This document shows positions 48,639-63,024 of a stretch of 64,000 nucleotides of DNA, in pieces. The position numbers and the translations under genes are program-made. Within the stretch, counting starts at the first letter, position 1, and each line of letters starts with the position of its first letter. The notes below the pieces were generated by a model. That model was not told the DNA's origin. It saw only the letters and a list, made by a program, of their open reading frames with translations, and did no database searches. The DNA lies in contig CM052817.1 in assembly GCA_028534125.1 (NCBI GenBank), forward strand, positions 89,406,001 through 89,470,000, given 5' to 3'. Origin of the DNA: Lama glama. Taxonomy: Eukaryota.

Positions 48639-50699
48639 AAATCAATTTAATTATTTTTTAAAACCCCTTTTTATTCTTTTAAATACAGTTCCTATTTGGA
48701 TGGAGGGTGACTAAAGTTACGTGAAATCACCAAAGCACTATGTCCCTACTGCTATCCTCTTTTTGAATGAATAAATATCAGTAATTTAAAGGGAAAGCAA
48801 TTTCATAAGCTGAGTAGAAAAAGCTAGCGGCAAATCAACATTTTTCAGTTCAGTAAAATTGACAACCTAGCACACTTACAAATATAAATGCTAAAATTGA
48901 GGGCTTTATCTAAAGATAAGTGCAAATGATAAAAGCAACTTTCACCTTTTAATTTTATTATTAGGAATTTAGATTAGAGATAATAAAATTAAGGTATCCA
49001 TTTTCCATAGTTGTTCTTTTCCTGATATATCTGAACCACAGCAACAGTGACATTTTTATTTTCATGTATATCCTGATTTATTAAATGTATTATTATATTT
49101 CAGGTGATTAGATATCTTGAAAGTTTTAGAGTGGTCTTCTGCCATTTTACTGTCCATAACCATGGTGATATGAAAGTTTAAAAAACATAAGCAAAATTCA
49201 TGCCATTGCATTTCAGAGAGACTAGTGTTTATAGGATATCAATAAGAAACTGCAGAAAATATCAGCAAAAACATGGAAAGCAAACTTGAACCTCAGGTAG
49301 TTATGTATCTAGATTTAACCAGAAATTGAATTAAAATTTTGGAGCATTAGCCACTGAACTTTGAATATCAGTCTGTTGAACACTTACAATCAACCAATGA
49401 ACATACAGTGATATTTAACAATATGCTCACATGTGAATTTTATCAATAATTTCTTCGGACATGACAACATATTAGATTTTATCATCTTCACAATGCAGAA
49501 GTCTAAAATCAAATTTTTCACTCTAACAGCAGTCTTCTAGTCTCCTAATTTCCTCTTCCAGATGCTGTCTCTACTTTCTTCTTTTCCATCAGTTAAGATA
49601 TTTATTCCCTGGTTCTTTCCTTTTATCTAGTTTATCAAACTCCATTTCTATGTTGACCTTAACTTTTATATCCATCTCCAGAGTGCTTCACTTTGTCTTT
49701 CCTTGCTCAACTCCCTCATTCCATTACCCTTCTCTTTCACCCACTAAGTACATCCTAAATACTCCAATGGATCTACCCTATATCCTCTCTATTACTCCAC
49801 TTGGCCTGCAGAATGCTATTTGGATACAACTCACACAACTACTGGACTGAACCCAGTATAAGTCCGTGACCTCAAACCTAGGTAGTGCTTTTCACTCTAC
49901 CTAGATATCTAGTTGTGCCTTCTGATTCAATCATCTGTCCATTATCCATATTACCTATTTAAAGTTTTCACCACTCTCCTCAAAACCTTATTCTTTTCAG
50001 CTCTTTTCTTAAAAGTTGAAATCTTATTTTAAGAGAACATTAAAGTTATCTGGCAGGTTCACACTCAATCTATTAGACCCATAAAAGAAAATCTTATTTC
50101 ATTTATACCCAAATATTCGTATTTTACCAATTAAAAAAGGAATGTTAAAAGTAATATGACCTCATCCTTTCCCAAGTCTTTGGGGTCCTTGAAGAAAGGA
50201 TTATCATAGCTCTCCTATATTTTTAACCCCCTCATTCTGCATAGTTCATGCAATTCAACATATTCTTTAAAATTAACTAATAATTTTTTGATTATTCCTT
50301 CTTCTTCATGATATGTTCTTTTTCCTTTAAGAAGACAGGCATGCTTCTTACAAGAAAAATAAGTGATTGTCTTATAAACCAATAAAATCTGAGTGTGAAT
50401 GCATCTAGAAAATTGTTGCAATGTGTGTATGTTTGTTGTTGAACTAAAATAAATTAATTTTCAAAACTGAAATAAATAAACAGAGGCATAGTCTCTGTTC
50501 TCAAGATATTTTCTACACAAGTGAGAAAAACTAAACATTAATATTTATTGGAAAATATAAAAATATAAATTGTGGTTCTAAATTTTATGGTTCAAAATCG
50601 AAATGCTATGTGAATAAAATTATAGAGATAAAAGAAGCATACAACAAATGTAATAATTAAAGTTAAGTAAAAATAGAAAGGTAGATTCAAGAAAATGTA

Positions 50700-52545
50700 G
50701 GAGAAGCAAGTCTGCTAACAGCTCACTTTCTATAGTTTCCTGATTCCATTAATTATCAGATCTCACAATCCATCGATTCTACTACTTTTTCTATGTCCGT
50801 ACATACCTCATTTCTTAGCTTTCCTTCCTATCTAGCCTAAATTCCATGGTCATCCATTAAAATCGTTGCCTTATACAAATATTTAATTCTTCTGGTTGTT
50901 ATCTTAATAAGACTCTTTTGACTGAAGTACTGTTCTGATGATATCAAAGCTTTATCCATTACATGTGTGAACTGCTTAGCTGAGTATGACTGGAGAAAAA
51001 ACACAAAACCATGCTGATTGTTTTTATTTTACATCAGTGACCACTAATCTGAGCAGCTATAGTATCTTCCCTAAATCTACAGATACTCTAATTATCCTGT
51101 TTAACTATCACATCTCTCTTCCCCATATAAGTATATAAAACAGCCTTCATTTTTCTAATTCTCAGCTGATAACCTTGCTTTTGTTTTCAATTAAATTATA
51201 GAAACAATTAAAAGAAAACATTATTGATTTCCCACCAGGGTACCTACATATCTACCTGTGTCTTGGCTACGTAATTTGTCTCTTAGTATAAATCATCTCT
51301 GCCCCTAGCCAGGGCCAACCATCCATTTGTGCATTTTATTCATCTCTTTTCATCAATTCAAGAATACTGCCCCAGAAATGCCCTCTCTTACATGTGGCAT
51401 CAGTTATTAGTTTATCCCTTGAGCCTTAAAACTCTATATTATTTCTGTCTAAAAATCACTATCATTTTTCTCTCTTTGCTTTTTTTTTCTTTTTAGCACA
51501 AATTCTCAAAGGAGTTCCATACACTTTGAGTCCTTTTTCTCATTGTTTGTTTTCCATCTGATTGTCCAATCAAAATATTCAGGACACCAAACTATAGTTC
51601 CCAAGCCAACACCAAAATACTACAGGGCTAAATCCAACAGCCAATTTTAAATCCTCTTCTTAACCTGGCTTGTCAGCAGCATTTGACCAAACTGGTCATT
51701 TCTCACTGAAATATCGTCTTCATTCAGTATTATAAACATCATACTCATTTTGTGTACTTTCTTTCACACTCATCTCATTTTCTTTCCATTTCCCTTGCTG
51801 TTTCCTTCTCATATTCCAACTCCTATTCTCTAAACACTGGAGTGCTCAAGAGCTTAACCTTTGGGCCTTTTCACTTTTTTATTGTTGGAGAGGAAAAAAT
51901 TTTCCTCCACCTTATTAGGTTCTTCTGACTGGTGTAAGAATTAAATTGACACGAGACAAATTTACAGGAGAAAATCAAACAAATGTTTAGTAACATGTAT
52001 ACATGGGAGAAACCCAGGAAAACTGAATAACTTGCTAAAATGGCCAAAACCCTCACCTTAAATAGTATCCCCAGCTAAAGACCACAGAGGATGTTTGGGG
52101 TAGTGGTTTGGGACCTCAAAGGGGAGGAAGGCATTTGACATGGAGACGGAAAGCAAATTTTTGGTAAACAGATGTTTGCTGGGCCATGAAGAGACAGTAA
52201 GACACAGAGAAATGTTAACAAACAGACTTGCTAGTTTCCTTCCTGTCTACACACCTAGCTCATACTATAGAATAGATCTATTCCTACAATAGGCCCTCTA
52301 TCTAAATTATTTAGGCAGGTAACAGAGAAGGTCAAAGTTTCTTTCTGAATCTTTTGGGTCTTGATTGTTTTCAGTTCAAAATAATATGTATGCTAAATTG
52401 ACATTTTGGGGTGGCAAATTTTGCTCCCCTACATTATCTATACTTATTTCCTTAGTGAACTCTTTCATTTTATGGTTTTGATCTCATCAGTATGATGATA
52501 ACTCACGGTTGTAAATCTCAAGGTTTGGCCACTGTCCTGAATTTT
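50700..52545 (+). mobile_element. Degenerate L2 LINE segment, interrupted by an LTR
   Basis: L2-like motifs GCTAAATCCAACAGCCAATT..TCAGCAGCATTTGAC..AAACACTGGAGTGCTCAAG. Boundaries are approximate. Confidence 0.5.
51883..52433 (-). mobile_element. Intact ERV1-class solo LTR (551 bp)
   Basis: TGTTGG..CCCCTACA termini and perfect 4-bp TSD TTAT; reverse-complement homologue of 61799-62332. Confidence 0.9.
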
Positions 52546-52629
52546 TGGTAGGGCACATACTCAATTTCTATACTATGGAAAAATGGACAAAAAATAGAAT
52601 AGATAATTATTTTTTTTTAAGTTATGTGT

Positions 52630-53752
52630 TTGGAGATATTATTCTACCTGATTTCAAAACTTACTATAAAGCTACAGTGAATAAAACTTTTATAGCAGTG
52701 TGTTATGAATTAATTTGTTTCCTCCACTTCCCATAAAGATAATGTTAGAGTCCTAACCCCTAGTATCTCAGAATGTGACCTTATTTGGAGACAGAGTGCT
52801 TACAAAGGTAAAATAAGGTCATCACAGTTGCTCCTAGACTGATATGACTGGTATTTTTATCAAACAGAAGAAATTTGGGCACAGACATGTGTGCAAGAAG
52901 AATGTCATAATGTCATTTAAGGGATGGAATTATCTTCGCACAGCCAAAAAACTGCTAGAAGCTGGGAGAGAGGCATGGAATAAATCTTTTTTTAGTACCT
53001 TTAGGGAGCATGGTGCTGCCAATCTTGGACTTCTAGCCTCCAGAATTGTGAGATAAATTTCTGTTGTTTAGGCCACACAATTTGTGGTACTTTGTTATAG
53101 CAGCCTTAACAACTCATATATGGTGTAAGGATAGACATATTAGTGCATTAAATGGAATAGAGAATCCAGAAATAGGCCCATACGTCTAAGGTCAATTGAT
53201 TTTTTGACAATGATGCTAAGAATATCTAATTGGAAGAGTTAGTTATTTCAACAAAAAATCAGATATTCATATGACAAGAAATTATCCTCATTACTTACTT
53301 TACCTATATTTAAAAAAATCTCAAAATGAATCATAAGAACTAAAACCTAAGAGCTAAAACTATAAAATTTCTAGAAGAAAATGAGAAACGTGTGAGAAAA
53401 CCTTTTTGGTTAGACAAAGGATCCTGGGACCCAAAAATGTATGAATCATAAAAGAAAAAGAGTATAAACTGTACTTTATCAAAAAATGTTATTTTCAAAA
53501 GTACTTTTACAAAAATTAAAAGATAGGCCACAAATTGGGAAAATAAGTTGAAAAGCAAATATCTGACTAGTGACTTGTATCCAGAATAAATAACTCAACA
53601 GTAACAAACAAACAAATTTGGTAAAATGGGTAAATTTTGAATAGAGATTTCACAGTAGAAAATATGCAAATGACCATAAGCACAGGAAAAGAACTCTAGT
53701 CATCAGAAAAGTGTCACAAAACCACCGTGAGATACCACTACATCCCACTAGA
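52630..53752 (+). mobile_element. Old L1M ORF2 C-terminal fragment, interrupted by MLT1
   Basis: ..LPDFKTYYKATV (ORF 52545), resuming at about 53120 with GGAATAGAGAATCCAGAAATAGGCCCATAC..GAGATACCACTACATCCCACTAGAAT. Confidence 0.75.
52699..53119 (+). mobile_element. MaLR MLT1 (MLT1B-like) LTR
   Basis: TGTTATGAATT..GTCCTAACCCCTAGTATCTCAGAATGTGACCTTATTTGGAGA..GGACTTCTAGCCTCCAGAATTGTGAG..TTTGTTATAGCAGCC. Confidence 0.85.
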
Positions 53753-56700
53753 ATTTGAATTCTACAAAAACATTGTGTTGGCCAAACAGTGGTCTCAAAG
53801 AAGTCAAGTGAGCATGGCTAAAGAGAATCAAGAATCAATCCTGGGGAAGGAAATGACAACAGTGGAGGGATCCTGATCACCAATTAGGTTAGGCTGAGGT
53901 TCAAGGCAGACTCAAATCCATGCAAGTACCTAGAGTGAGAATGAGGAAACAGGAGGCCAGAAAGGAGGCCAAGAAGGTAGGTGAGTTTTGAAAGCTAAGG
54001 GTGCAAGAGTGATCCCTAAAGAATCATTAGGTACTCAGACTTTGTAGGTGGATTTTTTTAGATTCTATTCACTGAAGGTGAAAGGTGTTCTAATATATTT
54101 GCATTAGTTCATTATATAAAAATTAAAGCCATCAAGTGACAGGTAAGAATTATGTGCAATTATAAAAAGCAAGGGTAAGAGAGGATGAACAGATGTCAGT
54201 CAGGCTCCAAGCAACATACTATACTTGCTATATTTCTTCATAATATATGACAAAGGCAGTTGAAACTTATTTGCTCTTTATGTAAACTGTTGTACTATTA
54301 AAATTCTCCTACAATTGGAGAACAAGCTTGAACTGGATTCCAGAGGAAGAATAGAAATTAGGTAAATACAGTTAGGGTAGAATGCTGTAGGACATGGTTT
54401 TCAAATTGTGCTTCACAAGAGAAAATGAAAAAATCAGACTTGAAAATGTTACTATATCCTTTTCTATCTTCCATCAAAGCAACTCTGCTTTTATGTATTA
54501 TATAATGGCTCACATTTCTAGGTAAGATTTTATTCTGACTTAGAGGATAATTCTATAATTTTTTTGTTTTTGAAAACTACTCTGAGTGGATACAAGAATA
54601 TAGGCCAATCAGAAACAATAAAGATGCAGCATTATTAAAAATGCAGATTTAAAATTTGACAAAATCTAAGACTTTCATTCTCTGTGACTCCTTAAAAAAA
54701 CATATTTTGCATTAGTTCAAGATAATAAAGTCCCCAGTATTATCCATAAATAGCAAACATGGACATCATGTAAAATTGCTTTTCAGGTTGATAAACTATT
54801 TCCCTTAATTGGCTTAGAGAGATGAATGAGGATGTATTGGGACTAGCTTTCATTGGCTAGAATCATAGTATCTTATTAACAATAACTTAAACAATAAGAA
54901 AACCATTTATTACTTAGGAGAGTCTGAAGGCAGGTACCATTGTGGAACTCTGTCAATAGTTTCACTGTGTCATCAAAGATCCATTTCTGCTCTGCTGTCC
55001 TCGTTTGGTTGGATATTTTTTCTAAGACCTATTATCTATGGTAAAATGCTTGCTTGAAGATCTAGGGATGATATTGTTACATGTGCCTCTTTCTGTCCAT
55101 GTTACCTTTTATTATTTCTTCACTGGGCTAAAGCACAAAGCTATCCATACACATACACATACATATACACGAAAATGTGATTCACTGGAAAAGGGAGAAA
55201 ATGGGTATTGAGTAGGTAACTTGAATTGCCTCTAACAAGGTATATTTCACAATTTACTATTAAAAAAAAAAATCAGACCAGGTATCTTTACCATAGAAGA
55301 TAATGATGGGTGCTAGTCTAGGCTTGCAATTGGAATTACAGATTTAGGAGAGATTCCAAAATTAAAGGGCAGAAAGCCAAAATTTAAGATATGGTTAAAA
55401 TAAAACTATAATAAAAATAATTTCACTCTTATGAAGAATAAATGCTTCATAGGAAAAAAATTTTCCTTTGAAACAAGTTTATATTTTATCAAATTAAAAT
55501 TTTACTTCTCTTTTTCTAACAAGAAAAATTATCTACTGTAAAACCTGTCAGATGAGAATAAAATTCTGATGGAATAAAAATAAAAATAATTTCATATAAA
55601 TTTTGTAAAAGTTTGGCATTTTGTAAAGGGGGATACGTAGTCTAACAATAAAAATTTTTCTCCAATAGAACATGTCAAATTACCAGATGTATATTCTCAG
55701 AGTGAAACTCTAAAGTGATTCCTTAACCAAATATAATGATTTATTAATCCTTAACACATCAGTTAACAGTTTGATTCATTCTAGTATGTATTTCTAAATA
55801 CAAATTTGTAAATAGAAATAAGATATACTTTTATTTGGGTCAAATGTCAAGATGAAAGTGGTCAAAAATAACTTATGCTTATATTTTACCAGACCTCTTG
55901 ATATTTTATATTGTATATGTATTTTGCTAATTAACCATAAAACCATATTGTATGTATTATACCAAGCAATTTCAAAAAGCCATAACATGCTCTGCAATGC
56001 CTGATATAATAATAAAGTTATTTTTCAATTGTCAAATTATTCAGATTGTCATTCAAACTACATAGTATTAATCTATTATCTCATTTAATTAGACAGTGGC
56101 AATCTACACACAGTCACGGCACTCTACCACCAGGAAGAGTTCCAAATGCATCTACTCTAGCTTCTAAAGTTGAAAGAGGGTTGGAGGAACACCTTTTTGC
56201 TCCCACTCCTATCGATCCAAGGATTACTCTGGGTTTTGCATGTCTTCTTGATATCTTTTTTAGAGGCTGAGTTGTGCAAATCTTCCTATATACCTACTTG
56301 TTCCTGACTAGCGCAAATTAACAGGAGAAAGGAAAAGGTTATTTCTACTACACTTATCAGAGTCTAGTGGATAGAGCATGGCATTTTGCTGTGGTACTGT
56401 TCTAGATTGGCATCCTTCCTCTAAGGAAAAGACACAAGCAGTGTTTCCAATCAAGAATCTAGAGACTCCATGAGAGAAGGACACACACACAGGGAACAAT
56501 ATCACTGCAAACACAGAGAGTAAACATGCAGTCATAAAATGGAAAGCCTCAGGACTTGAAGAAAGCTTCTTGAATTTTTATTGATCATTGATAACAAAAT
56601 CATTCCCTGGAAGAAACTAAAAACTCATAAATCTCTCAGTTTCCCTGAACACTGTTTTTCACCTAAATAAGGAAATTAAGATTTGCCTCCCCCACCTCTC

Positions 56701-57086
56701 TGACCTCCGGTGTTGTGTCCCATCTCATCTCACTGCTAGGATATGTGTGTGTGAGCGTGGATGTGTGAGGACTGCGGTCTTTATGGATACTTGTTTGTGG
56801 CTGATGCTGTACTTTATTGACCTAATATCCTCTGTCCCTGGACAGGAAATGAGCCTTATTAAAGTGGCTCTTACCCACTTCTTCTAGGGCTCCATCACCT
56901 CCCACTCTTAGGAGCTTCCTTTCATTCCAGAGACACCAATGTCTGTTCGTATTCTGAAGGTGGCATTAAGGGTAGGAGCAAAAGGCAAAGAGTCTCTGCC
57001 TTGTGACTTGGGAGAATCTACATCATTTTCACACTTACTGTAATGACTACCCCTGGCTTCCCTCTTTCTACATGTACCTGCATTCC

Positions 57087-59157
57087 TTTTTTAATGACAC
57101 CTGCCATCACCATACACACTTACAATTTCTTTTTTCTTGTGATGAGAACTTTTAAGCTTTACTCTCTTAGCAACTTTAAAATATGCAGTACAATATTATC
57201 AGCTATAGTCACCATGCTGTACATTACAACCCATGACTTATTTATTATATATCTGGAAGTCTGTAGCTTTTGATCCCCTTCATCCATTTTGCCCACCCCC
57301 AACCCACTCCCCTCTGGCAATAAATCTGTTCTCTGTATTTATGAGGTTTTTGTTTGTTTGTTTTGATTTTTAAATTCCCCACGTATGAGTAAACTCATAT
57401 GGTATTTGCTTTTCTCTGTCTGACTTATTTCACTTAGCATAATGTCATCAAGGTCCATCCATGTTATGGCAAATGGCAAAATTTTCTTCTTTATTATGGA
57501 TGACATCTATATCTATATATCTATATCTATATCTGTATCTATATCCATTAATCCATCAATGAACATTTAGGTTGTTTTCTTATTTTGGCTATAATAAATA
57601 ATGCTTAAATGAACATAGGAGTGCATATATCTTTTTAAATTAGAGTTTTCATTTTCTCCAGGTAAGCACCCAGAAGTGGAATTGCTGGGTTATATGGTAA
57701 TTCTATTTTTAATTTTTTGAAGACCCACCGTATTGTTTTCCATAGTGGCTGCATCAAATTACATTCCCACCAACAGTGCAAAAGGGGTCCCTTCTCCACA
57801 CCCTTGCCAATACTTGCTATTTCTTGTCCTATTGATAACAGCTATTCAGACAAGTGTGAAGTGATATCTCATTGTGGTTTTGATTTGCATTTCCCTGATG
57901 ACTAGTGATTTTAAGTATCTTTTCATGTACTTATTGGCCATATGTGTATCATCCTTGGAAAAATGTCTATTCAGATCCTTTATATATTTTTGACTGGGTT
58001 ATTTCTCATTTTAGTTTTGAGTTAACAGTTCTTACTAGTTTTTAAACAAGCCCTTTATTCAGATAATATGCCTTGTAAATATTTTCTCTCATTCTGTGGG
58101 TGGTATTGTATTTACTAATGGCAGCACTACCTGAAACAGAAAACATTTTAATTTTGATGAAGTCTAATTTATCCATTTTTCTTTTGTCAATTGTGTCTTT
58201 GTTGTCACATCTAAGAATCTGCCTAACTCAAGGTCATATAAATCTACTCCTATATTTTATTCTAAGAATTTAAAAAATTGTCTTCGATTTTGTTCTATGA
58301 TCCATTTTGAAGTAATTTATATGTATAGTATGAGAAAATCACTTAATTCTATTGTTTTACTTTTGTCCCAGCACCATTTTTTGAGTCTCCTTTTCCTCCA
58401 TTGAATTTTCTTGGCATTCTTGTCAAAAGTCAAAAATTAACTGACCATAAAAGTATGAATTTATAGACTCAATTTTTTTCTTTTATCTCCATCTATCTTC
58501 ATGTCAATACCACACAGTTTTCATCATCAGCTTTATAGCAAGTTTTGTAAAAATAAAGCTTGAGTCCTCCAACTTTGTTCTTTTTGGCCTTGTTTTGGTT
58601 ATTTTAAGTATGTTATGTTTCCATATGAATATAAGATCAGCTTGTTAATTTCTGGAAAAAGAACAACTAGTGTTTTTGTAGGTATTGCACTGAATATACA
58701 GAGTTCTGTCATCTTAATAAGTACTCCGACCTATGGGCATTGGATGTCTTCCATTTATCTAGGTATTTAGTTTTTTTCAGTGATGTTTTATTTTTTTGGA
58801 GTGTAAGGTTTACTTTTTTTGTTAAATTTTTTCCTAAGTGTTTTATTTAATATCATTTTATAAGTAATTTTTTCTTGATTTTTACTTCCAGACTGTTCAT
58901 TGTTAGTACGTAAAACATTGATTTTTGTATCTTGTATCCTTGTTAAACTGGTTTATTGATTCTGATAGCTGTAGTTTTTAGTGTTTTCCTTACAATTTTC
59001 TATAGATAAGATTAGATCATTCACAAAGAGTGATAGGTTAACTTATTTTTTTTTTAGTCTTGATGCCTTTAAAAAATTTTTTCTAATCTCTCTTATTAAA
59101 ACAATGTTGAATAGAAGAACTGAGAGCAGACATTCTTGCCTTGTCCTGATTTTAGGA
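57087..59157 (-). mobile_element. 5'-truncated older L1 (L1M-type) ORF2 3' half and 3'UTR
   Basis: Antisense L1 hallmarks CATAGTGGCTGCATCAAATTACATTCCCACCAACAGTG and GTGGTTTTGATTTGCATTTCCCTGATG; ends at the KSGxRQ-like RT motif (about 59150). Confidence 0.9.
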
Positions 59158-59664
59158 TGCAGAAGCAGAATTTTGATAAAAGAAAAACAGAAACTGCATG
59201 TGGGATCATTTACTTCCCTCTCTGTTCCCGCTCAATCATATAGCAATGAAATCTCCTAGCTTTTGTTCCAAGCCTCAGGGTGGTTAGAAGGGTGCCGCTT
59301 GTTCTAGCTTAGATGTAGAGTATGTGCAGTGTTCCGTGCAGCTCAGCTGACATGGGAACAGTCAGCACTCAAGAGTTATATAGTGAAAGAAAAAATAAAA
59401 TACAACACAACAAAAAAGAAGCAGATGCTGCTTCAACTTTCTATTGAAATTAGACCATGTTGCTGTGAACAAGGACTTTTTTCCCTCTGTATTATGACTT
59501 CTCCTGAAAGAACACATGCAAACACACACAGAAGGGCATAGGGGAAAAAACAGCATCCATAAAAATATATGAGTATAGGTGTGTGTATGCAATTTCTCTG
59601 TACATAGAATTTTCATTGAAAATCTGTGAGACAAAATAAAATAGATGTCAAGTTTTGCAGGCAA

Positions 59665-59850
59665 CCAGAACTGAACTGAAATCCAGATTTCTCCAATTAC
59701 TACTTTTGTGATTACTTTGGAAAATTACCATCTGCTCTCCTCTGTTAAGCATGAATTGTAATTCCTAAATTAGAAAGATACTTTGGGAATGGGAGGTAAT
59801 GTAAATAAAGTTCCCAGAAGAATGATAGACATGGTAGTAAAATGACAGAC
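59665..59850 (+). mobile_element. MIR SINE, degenerate
   Basis: AAATCCAGATTTCTCCAATTACTACTTTTGTGATTACTTTGGAAAATTAC..TAATGTAAATAAAGTTCC. Confidence 0.45.
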
Positions 59851-60196
59851 ATGAGTATAAAGATCACAAACCAAAGCTAATAATAACAAGAAATAATTGT
59901 GTAACTTATATGTAACTAAATATACGTGATGTTTTTTGTGATAATAGGTCTCAAATATTTTAAGAAATGATAATGGAATTATGACTATTCAAAAAAAACA
60001 AAACAAAAACTGTGGGATCCTTAAATGTTGATAGTCTTCATCAATCAATAATTCCTGTAGTGCCCTAAATTTCTATGTCTGTCTGCCCAATGATTTTCTC
60101 CAACTCATGTCTCAAAGCCTAGTTCAAAAGTCTTAGTAACTTTTATTGTTCTCAAGAATGACTTTGTTTTTCTATCTCCAATAAGATATCTGTATA

Positions 60197-60908
60197 TGTA
60201 AGGAGAAAGAAAAATAGAAAAAGAAGAAAATGTGTTCTCCTTGTTGAAAATAAGGAAAGAGATTTTACTTTCATTCCTTTCCTTTTCTTAGAGCATTTAC
60301 TTTAGACAACCTGAAATTGAAAATTCTTTCTCTGTCTCTTTTGAAATGTCTGTAAATCTTTTTAAAAACTAAAGAAGTCTGTTGCTAGCTTTAAGATCCA
60401 GGAAAGTTTTACTCAAACATCTGGGAACAATTTCTTTGGAATGTAATCATCAAGAAAGATAGGGCCCCTATCTCCCAGTTTCTATGGAATGATAGGTGCT
60501 TAACTTTTGTGGGTGCCTAGCTACAAGTTGCAAAACTACCTCATGCCATAAAGATGTGACAAGTTTATTTTTCTATGGATAAAGTCAATTAGCTAGCATG
60601 AATGCTCACCCCAATTACCAAGTGAATTTAGGATGAACTGCATTTGAAAAATGGTGCTGTCAAGTCCTCTTACTGAGAACTAGTTATTGCTTATCTTGGG
60701 AACACTGTATAGAAGGGTTGCATCTGCCTGACTTTATAAAAGGGTGAAATTCCTTTCTGTCTTGCAGTTTCATAGCAGACTGCCTCTGATGTGCATCCCA
60801 TTCGCTGTCATGCTTATTCAATAATAAAGCTGTTTTCTTTTTCTCCTCCTTTTGTGGAGAGGTTTTTCTGGGTTGAGAGGAGGGATTTTTTTTAAAATTT
60901 CCTCAACA
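60197..60908 (+). mobile_element. ERV1-class LTR (MER34/MER4-group-like)
   Basis: TGTAAGG..; TATAAAA at about 60735; AATAAA at about 60823; ends TTTCCTCAACA and is followed by a TCTGGTG PBS-like start. Confidence 0.75.
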
Positions 60909-61186
60909 ATTCTGGTGATAAGGAGGACTATTTGGTAATTCCGAATTGAGTGGAGGAGTTGAAGGTCTGTGGCCTCACAACAGTCAAGTAAGAAACCCCA
61001 AGTTATAAAAAGTCTCCCTCTTTGTTGCTTACTCTTTTGAAATACTAGCTTGACAGACCACCCTCTCTAAATCCAGTATTTTACTATTAAAGAAGCATGG
61101 GTAATACAGACTTTAAAATACCATAGCATTACCCTATGGTTGGCAAATAGAGGAAGCCAAGAATACTGCCTTCAGATCTTTCTCTC

Positions 61187-61325
61187 TTTTTTTATTTTAT
61201 TTTAATTTTTAGAGGGGGAGGTAATTGAGTTTATTTATTTATTTTTAGAGGAGGTACTGGGGATTGAACCCAGGACCTTGTGCATGCTAAGCATGCATTC
61301 TACCACTTGAGCTATACCCTCCTCC
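61187..61325 (-). mobile_element. tRNA-derived SINE (camelid Vic-1-like)
   Basis: Reverse complement of the 41105 element (GGGATTGAACCCAGGACCTTGTGCATGCTAAGCATGC..TTGAGCTATACCCT); TSD CAGATCT(T/C)TCTCTC at 61173-61186 and 61326-61339. Confidence 0.9.
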
Positions 61326-61798
61326 CAGATCTCTCTCTCAAAAAGCTAATATTTCTGTCATATTTGAAATGGGTATATGAGAATACAGTTGTGCAGTTGC
61401 TTGTGGATGGTTCTTTTGTTTCAGATAAATTAATGTATTTGCTGGAGTTCTTAGACAAGTCTCATTCCAAGCAAATGAAGTGCTGGCATATACAGGATGA
61501 ATATCATCTAAGGAGAAAATGCAAAATGATTTGGATAGCCAGATGAAAAGATTGAGAAAAATGGAAGAAGAACTATGAGAATGAGAGTGTCAGGAGGGGG
61601 AATTTTCCTTCTACCCTTCTTGAGTTCTTGCGGCTGGACTAATAATAAAATTGACACAAGATAGATTAACAGGAGAACAGGAAACACATTTTAACTTATG
61701 TGTATGGTCTCATAGAAATGGGATCTAAGAAGTGGTGAAAGCAGGCTGCTTTTATACTTTTTAGACAAAGACACAGTAAATTTGTGAGAAACTGACAG

Positions 61799-62332
61799 GT
61801 AGGGGAACAAAATTTGCTACCCCAAAATGTCTCTTTGGCATGTGGATTATTTCTAGCTGAAAACAGTCAAGGCCCAAAAGCCTAAGGAAGAAATTTTGTC
61901 CTCTCTGCTAATTGTCTAAAAGAAAGCAGATAGAAGACCTGTTCCAGGAAGGGAGCTATCACCATAGATAACTGTAGTATGAAGTAGGTGTGTAGACAGG
62001 AGAGGAACCTAGCAAAGTCTGTTTGTTAAAATCCTTTTCTGTGTCCCACTGTCTCTGCGTGGTCCAGCAAACATTTGCTTACCAAACATTTGCTTTTCCA
62101 TCTCCATGTAAGTTGCCTGCCTCCCCTTTGAGGTCCCAAGTCACTACTCCCAACATCCTCGTAAGGGCTTCAGCTCTTTGGGTGAGTTACTCAGTTTTCC
62201 TGGATCTCTCCCATGTATATATGTTATTAAATTTTAAATTTTTCTCCTTTTAATCTGTCTTATGTCAATTTAATTCTTAGACCAACCAGAAGAACCTAGA
62301 ATGGTAGAAAAAAAAATTCTTCCTTTCTGACA
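61799..62332 (+). mobile_element. Nested ERV1-class solo LTR (same family as 51883-52433)
   Basis: GTAGGGGAACAAAATTTGCTACCCCAAAATGTC..TTTCTGACA; TSD-like ACAG/ACAA. Confidence 0.85.
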
Positions 62333-62590
62333 ACAAGACAAAGAAATTTAGGCTTTGGGTGCTTAATTAGTGAAGAATATAAACAAAGTTTGGGCTTAGC
62401 GTATTAAATTACAGAAATAGCAATGTGTTTATATACACAGGCTTTTCAGATGAATTTCCTGTCTTTGGTGATAAGTGTGTCCTCCTACTTCCAGATGCAG
62501 ACAGTGTACCTTGCACATGAGAGATTTATTTCCTCCTTTCAGGAAGACAAAGGGGAAACTCAAAGCCCCTCTTGCATCTGCAGTTGTTTA

Positions 62591-63024
62591 TGTGAGCAAA
62601 GAATGTTGCCTGCCATCAGCCACTGTAGCCACCCCTGATGGTACACCCTGAGGAGAATTCAGGATGGAGAAAACCAGAAAGCATTCTATATGTTGGATAC
62701 TGGTCTCAGTTAAGATACATATCTAAGAAATAATTTCACTGAGTCCAGACTCTTGCATCTTCCCATACATAGAAAGACACTGAAATCATTATTAACTTGT
62801 GATGTCTGGTTTTTTGTGATTAGCAGAAATCTTCTGATGTTTAACTACGTTTTTTTTTCCAGCAAAACTCCCATACTTCTTCTTACCTCTATCCTCCCTT
62901 ACCTCTTCTGAGCAGTTCCTCAGAGCTATCTGAGAGGCTGTGTCCCAGGCTATAGTCCTCAGTAAGATCCTTGAATAAAACTTAACTCGCAAATTTTAGG
63001 TTGTGCATTTTTCTTCAGTTGATA
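62591..63024 (+). mobile_element. Nested ERV solo LTR (different family)
   Basis: TGTGAGC..CCCTGAGGAGAATTCAGGATG..GAATAAAACTTAACTC..TTCAGTTGATA; TSD-like TTTA/CTTA. Confidence 0.8.
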
